In this document: positions 61,800 through 64,000 of the stretch, one piece after another
Numbering within the stretch: the first letter of the stretch is position 1
Layout of the letters: each line of letters starts with the position of its first letter
Source of the DNA: Candidatus Peribacteria bacterium
GTDB lineage: Bacteria; Patescibacteriota; Gracilibacteria; UBA1369; LOWO2-01-FULL-3
DNA: 64,000 nucleotides
Direction: 5' to 3'
NCBI GenBank assembly: GCA_943357285.1
Contig: CALRGJ010000007.1
Coordinates: 56 to 64,055 of the forward strand
Translations under genes and position numbers: made by a program
The notes under the pieces: model-generated
Told to the model about the DNA's origin: nothing
Databases searched by the model: none
The model's input: only the letters and a program-made list of their open reading frames with translations

Positions 61800-62297
61800 A
61801 TGGAAGTCCGCACAAAAGCTTTAGTTACTGTTTTATTAGTTGGCGCACTTGTTGGCGTTTACAGCTTACAAGCTTCAAATCCAAATCTTTTCAAAGGTGA
61901 ATTAATTAAGAGGGACGCCGCTCCTGCAGTTACTGATTCTACAGCTGTGCAGACACCTGATTTGACAGCAGACCTAGTAATAGTCGCTCCTGCTGAAAAA
62001 GGCGGAGACATCAGCGCAAAGGTAACAATTTCAAACAAAGGTCCAGGCAATATCGACGGCAAGAAACCATTCAAATACAGCGTCTACATCAACAAAACTG
62101 AAGTTTTCTCAAACACAGATTCATACAGCACAATGACAGCAGGTGATTCATTCAGCTTCACTTACCCAATCTCAAAAGCTGTATACCAATACGCAGACTC
62201 CGGCACTGCAAAAGTCGTAGTAGACACAGACAATGCCATCGCCGAAGGTGACGAGAACAACAACTCAAAAGAGGTGAGCTATAATTTAGCTAAATAA
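61800..62297 (+). CDS. Secreted CARDB-domain protein
   Basis: PDL...ISN.G...VVVD..N.I.E.DENNN. Confidence 0.8.
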   Translation: MEVRTKALVTVLLVGALVGVYSLQASNPNLFKGELIKRDAAPAVTDSTAVQTPDLTADLVIVAPAEKGGDISAKVTISNKGPGNIDGKKPFKYSVYINKTEVFSNTDSYSTMTAGDSFSFTYPISKAVYQYADSGTAKVVVDTDNAIAEGDENNNSKEVSYNLAK

Positions 62298-62357
62298 GTT
62301 GGAATAGTAGAGTCTAAATTTTTGACATTTTTATTAAACCTTTGATACAATAAGTGC

Positions 62358-62444
62358 GGCGTTTGGAGGGTTCGCCCTCTCACGGCTTCTAAGCTGTAGC
62401 CAAGCGCCAACTAAGAATCTGCTTCAATAGAAGCGGATTTTTTT
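62358..62444 (+). ncRNA. Putative small three-way-junction RNA with its own promoter and terminator
   Basis: TTGACA-18-TACAAT (62322-62351); P1 GGCGTTTGG/CCAAGCGCC, P2 AGGG-TTCG-CCCT, P3 ACGGCT/AGCTGT; terminator 62413-62444. Confidence 0.6.
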
Positions 62445-62920
62445 CAATCCTCTTCTGGCAATCCATCATGCAGCAATCTACTCATAGTCTTTTTATTCAT
62501 GCCCCAAAACGGAATAATGCTCCAGAAAAACTTATGCCCATTATCTATTTGCTTAACAATTACTCTGACGCGATTTCTTTTAACTACTGCAATAAATTCA
62601 TAGTATTTTACTGGCTTCATCACTGTTTCAGTTCGACCATGCATTCGTATTCTCTCAAATTTATTAGTTTCAAGTATTCCTTGCAAAGTATGAGAACACC
62701 TTAAAATTTCCGGCACAAGACTGAGTAGTTTAAATCTCATGTATTGATCCTGTTCAGAGCGAGCCTTTTCACGTCTTTTAAACTTAAGATGTTCTAATCC
62801 ATGTGAACCAAAGGATATTTTTTCCTTAAAATAAGGACAATGGACTTCCAGTAAAGATTTGTATAGCGCTTCGCCCTTTTCTTTTATTTCTCTGAATTGC
62901 TCATCACTAAATTTTAGCAT
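62444..62920 (-). CDS. Hypothetical basic protein, possible BECR/RelE-like ribonuclease
   Basis: CPYF...GLEHL...R...Q..RF.LL...VRVIV......FFWSIIP pattern. Confidence 0.65.
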   Translation of the reverse strand: MLKFSDEQFREIKEKGEALYKSLLEVHCPYFKEKISFGSHGLEHLKFKRREKARSEQDQYMRFKLLSLVPEILRCSHTLQGILETNKFERIRMHGRTETVMKPVKYYEFIAVVKRNRVRVIVKQIDNGHKFFWSIIPFWGMNKKTMSRLLHDGLPEED

Positions 62921-62976
62921 TTTAGTCGAATAATAATATTTCTGAACCTGTAAGGAATCCTTACAAGTTCATGCTT

Positions 62977-63005
62977 ATTATAGGTGAGCATACACTCACC
63001 GTCAA
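62977..63005 (-). promoter_or_regulatory. Promoter with a palindromic spacer (operator)
   Basis: TTGACG-17-TATAAT; GGTGAG-N6-CTCACC between the boxes. Confidence 0.7.
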
Positions 63006-63018
63006 CAAATTAGATAAC

Positions 63019-63120
63019 AAAAAATAGTCCGACTAGCGGACTACTCCCGACCACGTTCCTAGGCTGGTTGTCCCAGTCACGCCACCATCCGGTGACAGTT
63101 CAGAATACAGGTCTTTGTAC
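63019..63120 (-). ncRNA. Putative ~100-nt structured small RNA
   Basis: TTGCTT-17-TAGACT promoter (63154-63126), internal hairpins, terminator TAGTCCG-CTAGT-CGGACTA-TTTTTT. Confidence 0.5.
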
Positions 63121-63185
63121 TTAATAGTCTATATATTGAATTATCGAAAAGCAACCATTTTCTTGGCGCTCAGTAAATGGTCATA

Positions 63186-63956
63186 TCAAAACAACCTCCC
63201 TTGCGCCCCTTTCCCATTCACCGCCGCCACATACGCGCAATAATCACAGGCCTCACCAGCACCCGGAATCTCCTCACCCCGCAAGCACTCATATATCTCG
63301 CCAATCTTTCCCTCCACCCACGAGTCATCTCCCTTATACGGAATCAGCTTCACCGTAAAATCCAACCTTCCATCAAATCCCGCCTTATCCGTCACACCAT
63401 TGCAATACACAAAATATCCCACCTCCGACACCGCAAATCCATTCTTACGAAAGAGCCACTGATACACCTCCATCTGTCGCTTGTAACCATCCTGCCACTC
63501 GGCATCAAGACTCACTTCACCATCCTTAGAAGTCGCTTTGTAATCCACAATTATGAGCTCGCCTCCCGTAGCCACCCACACATCATCCACGCCACCGGTC
63601 ACTAGGAGATTTGTTTCCGGCACTTGATAGGTGATACCTCTGCGCATGGAATCGCGCCACTCATCCATTTGCGCATGTTTGAACGGCACGGCATTTACAC
63701 CCGCCGCTTTCATTAGGGGATGAGCCTCACCTTTGGCCCTATAGCTATCAAACTCTTTTTTGAGCAACGTATCCACAGCCGAATTCAACGAAAACGGAAA
63801 ACTCGGCGGCTGCCCCACACCCAATCTGCGATCTAGATAAAAACATCTCGAACACTTGATGAACAAATCAATCTTCGACCGACTCAGGCGAAAAGGCGAG
63901 GTAGCCGTCGGATTATAAAGATTCCGTGTGCGTTGTGGTTTGTAGTATTGGGACAT
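63186..63956 (-). CDS. PD-(D/E)XK nuclease family protein (Cas4/AddB-like, 4 Cys)
   Basis: LSRSKI..F..C.RCFY, GGVDD, IVDYKAT, Q.E.Y, C-terminal CDYC. Confidence 0.88.
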   Translation of the reverse strand: MSQYYKPQRTRNLYNPTATSPFRLSRSKIDLFIKCSRCFYLDRRLGVGQPPSFPFSLNSAVDTLLKKEFDSYRAKGEAHPLMKAAGVNAVPFKHAQMDEWRDSMRRGITYQVPETNLLVTGGVDDVWVATGGELIIVDYKATSKDGEVSLDAEWQDGYKRQMEVYQWLFRKNGFAVSEVGYFVYCNGVTDKAGFDGRLDFTVKLIPYKGDDSWVEGKIGEIYECLRGEEIPGAGEACDYCAYVAAVNGKGAQGRLF

Positions 63957-64000
63957 GGGGAATTATTTAATTACATTTTATTTTTTTTGGAGCCTTGTCT

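Noticed and set aside
63186-63956. CRISPR-Cas locus (Cas4-like protein)
   Set aside because: No array or other cas genes in the window; a solo PD-(D/E)XK nuclease

Overview
AT-rich bacterial chromosomal segment, most consistent with a Patescibacteria (CPR) genome, probably Peregrinibacteria-like. It uses genetic code 11 (TGA stops in ATGA overlaps, no in-frame TGA in conserved genes), and housekeeping genes largely lack Shine-Dalgarno motifs. It carries a complete but rearranged F1Fo ATP synthase operon (atpEFHAGDC-atpZ/I-atpB), rpmA, rplS, tig, rnhB, nth, infB, proS, rmuC, dTDP-sugar genes, tRNA-Gln, tRNA-His and a ~19 kb block of giant orphan proteins, three of which share an N-terminal ExR[FL][IV][FY] motif. 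The most unusual signals are non-coding. (1) An aberrant tRNA (Ala-type G3:U70 acceptor, enlarged Val-like anticodon arm) is preceded by a small transcription unit made of scrambled antisense copies of that tRNA, and every mismatch is G:U-compatible. (2) A ~60% GC, SD-bearing membrane-protein gene sits in its own promoter-terminator unit, enclosed by a 15-bp long-range stem next to a boxA-like motif, like an rRNA processing stalk. (3) Several standalone promoter-structure-terminator RNAs are present, including a ~240-nt hairpin RNA and two sRNAs flanking a putative nuclease toxin. All family assignments come from motif recognition by eye; no database searches were run.
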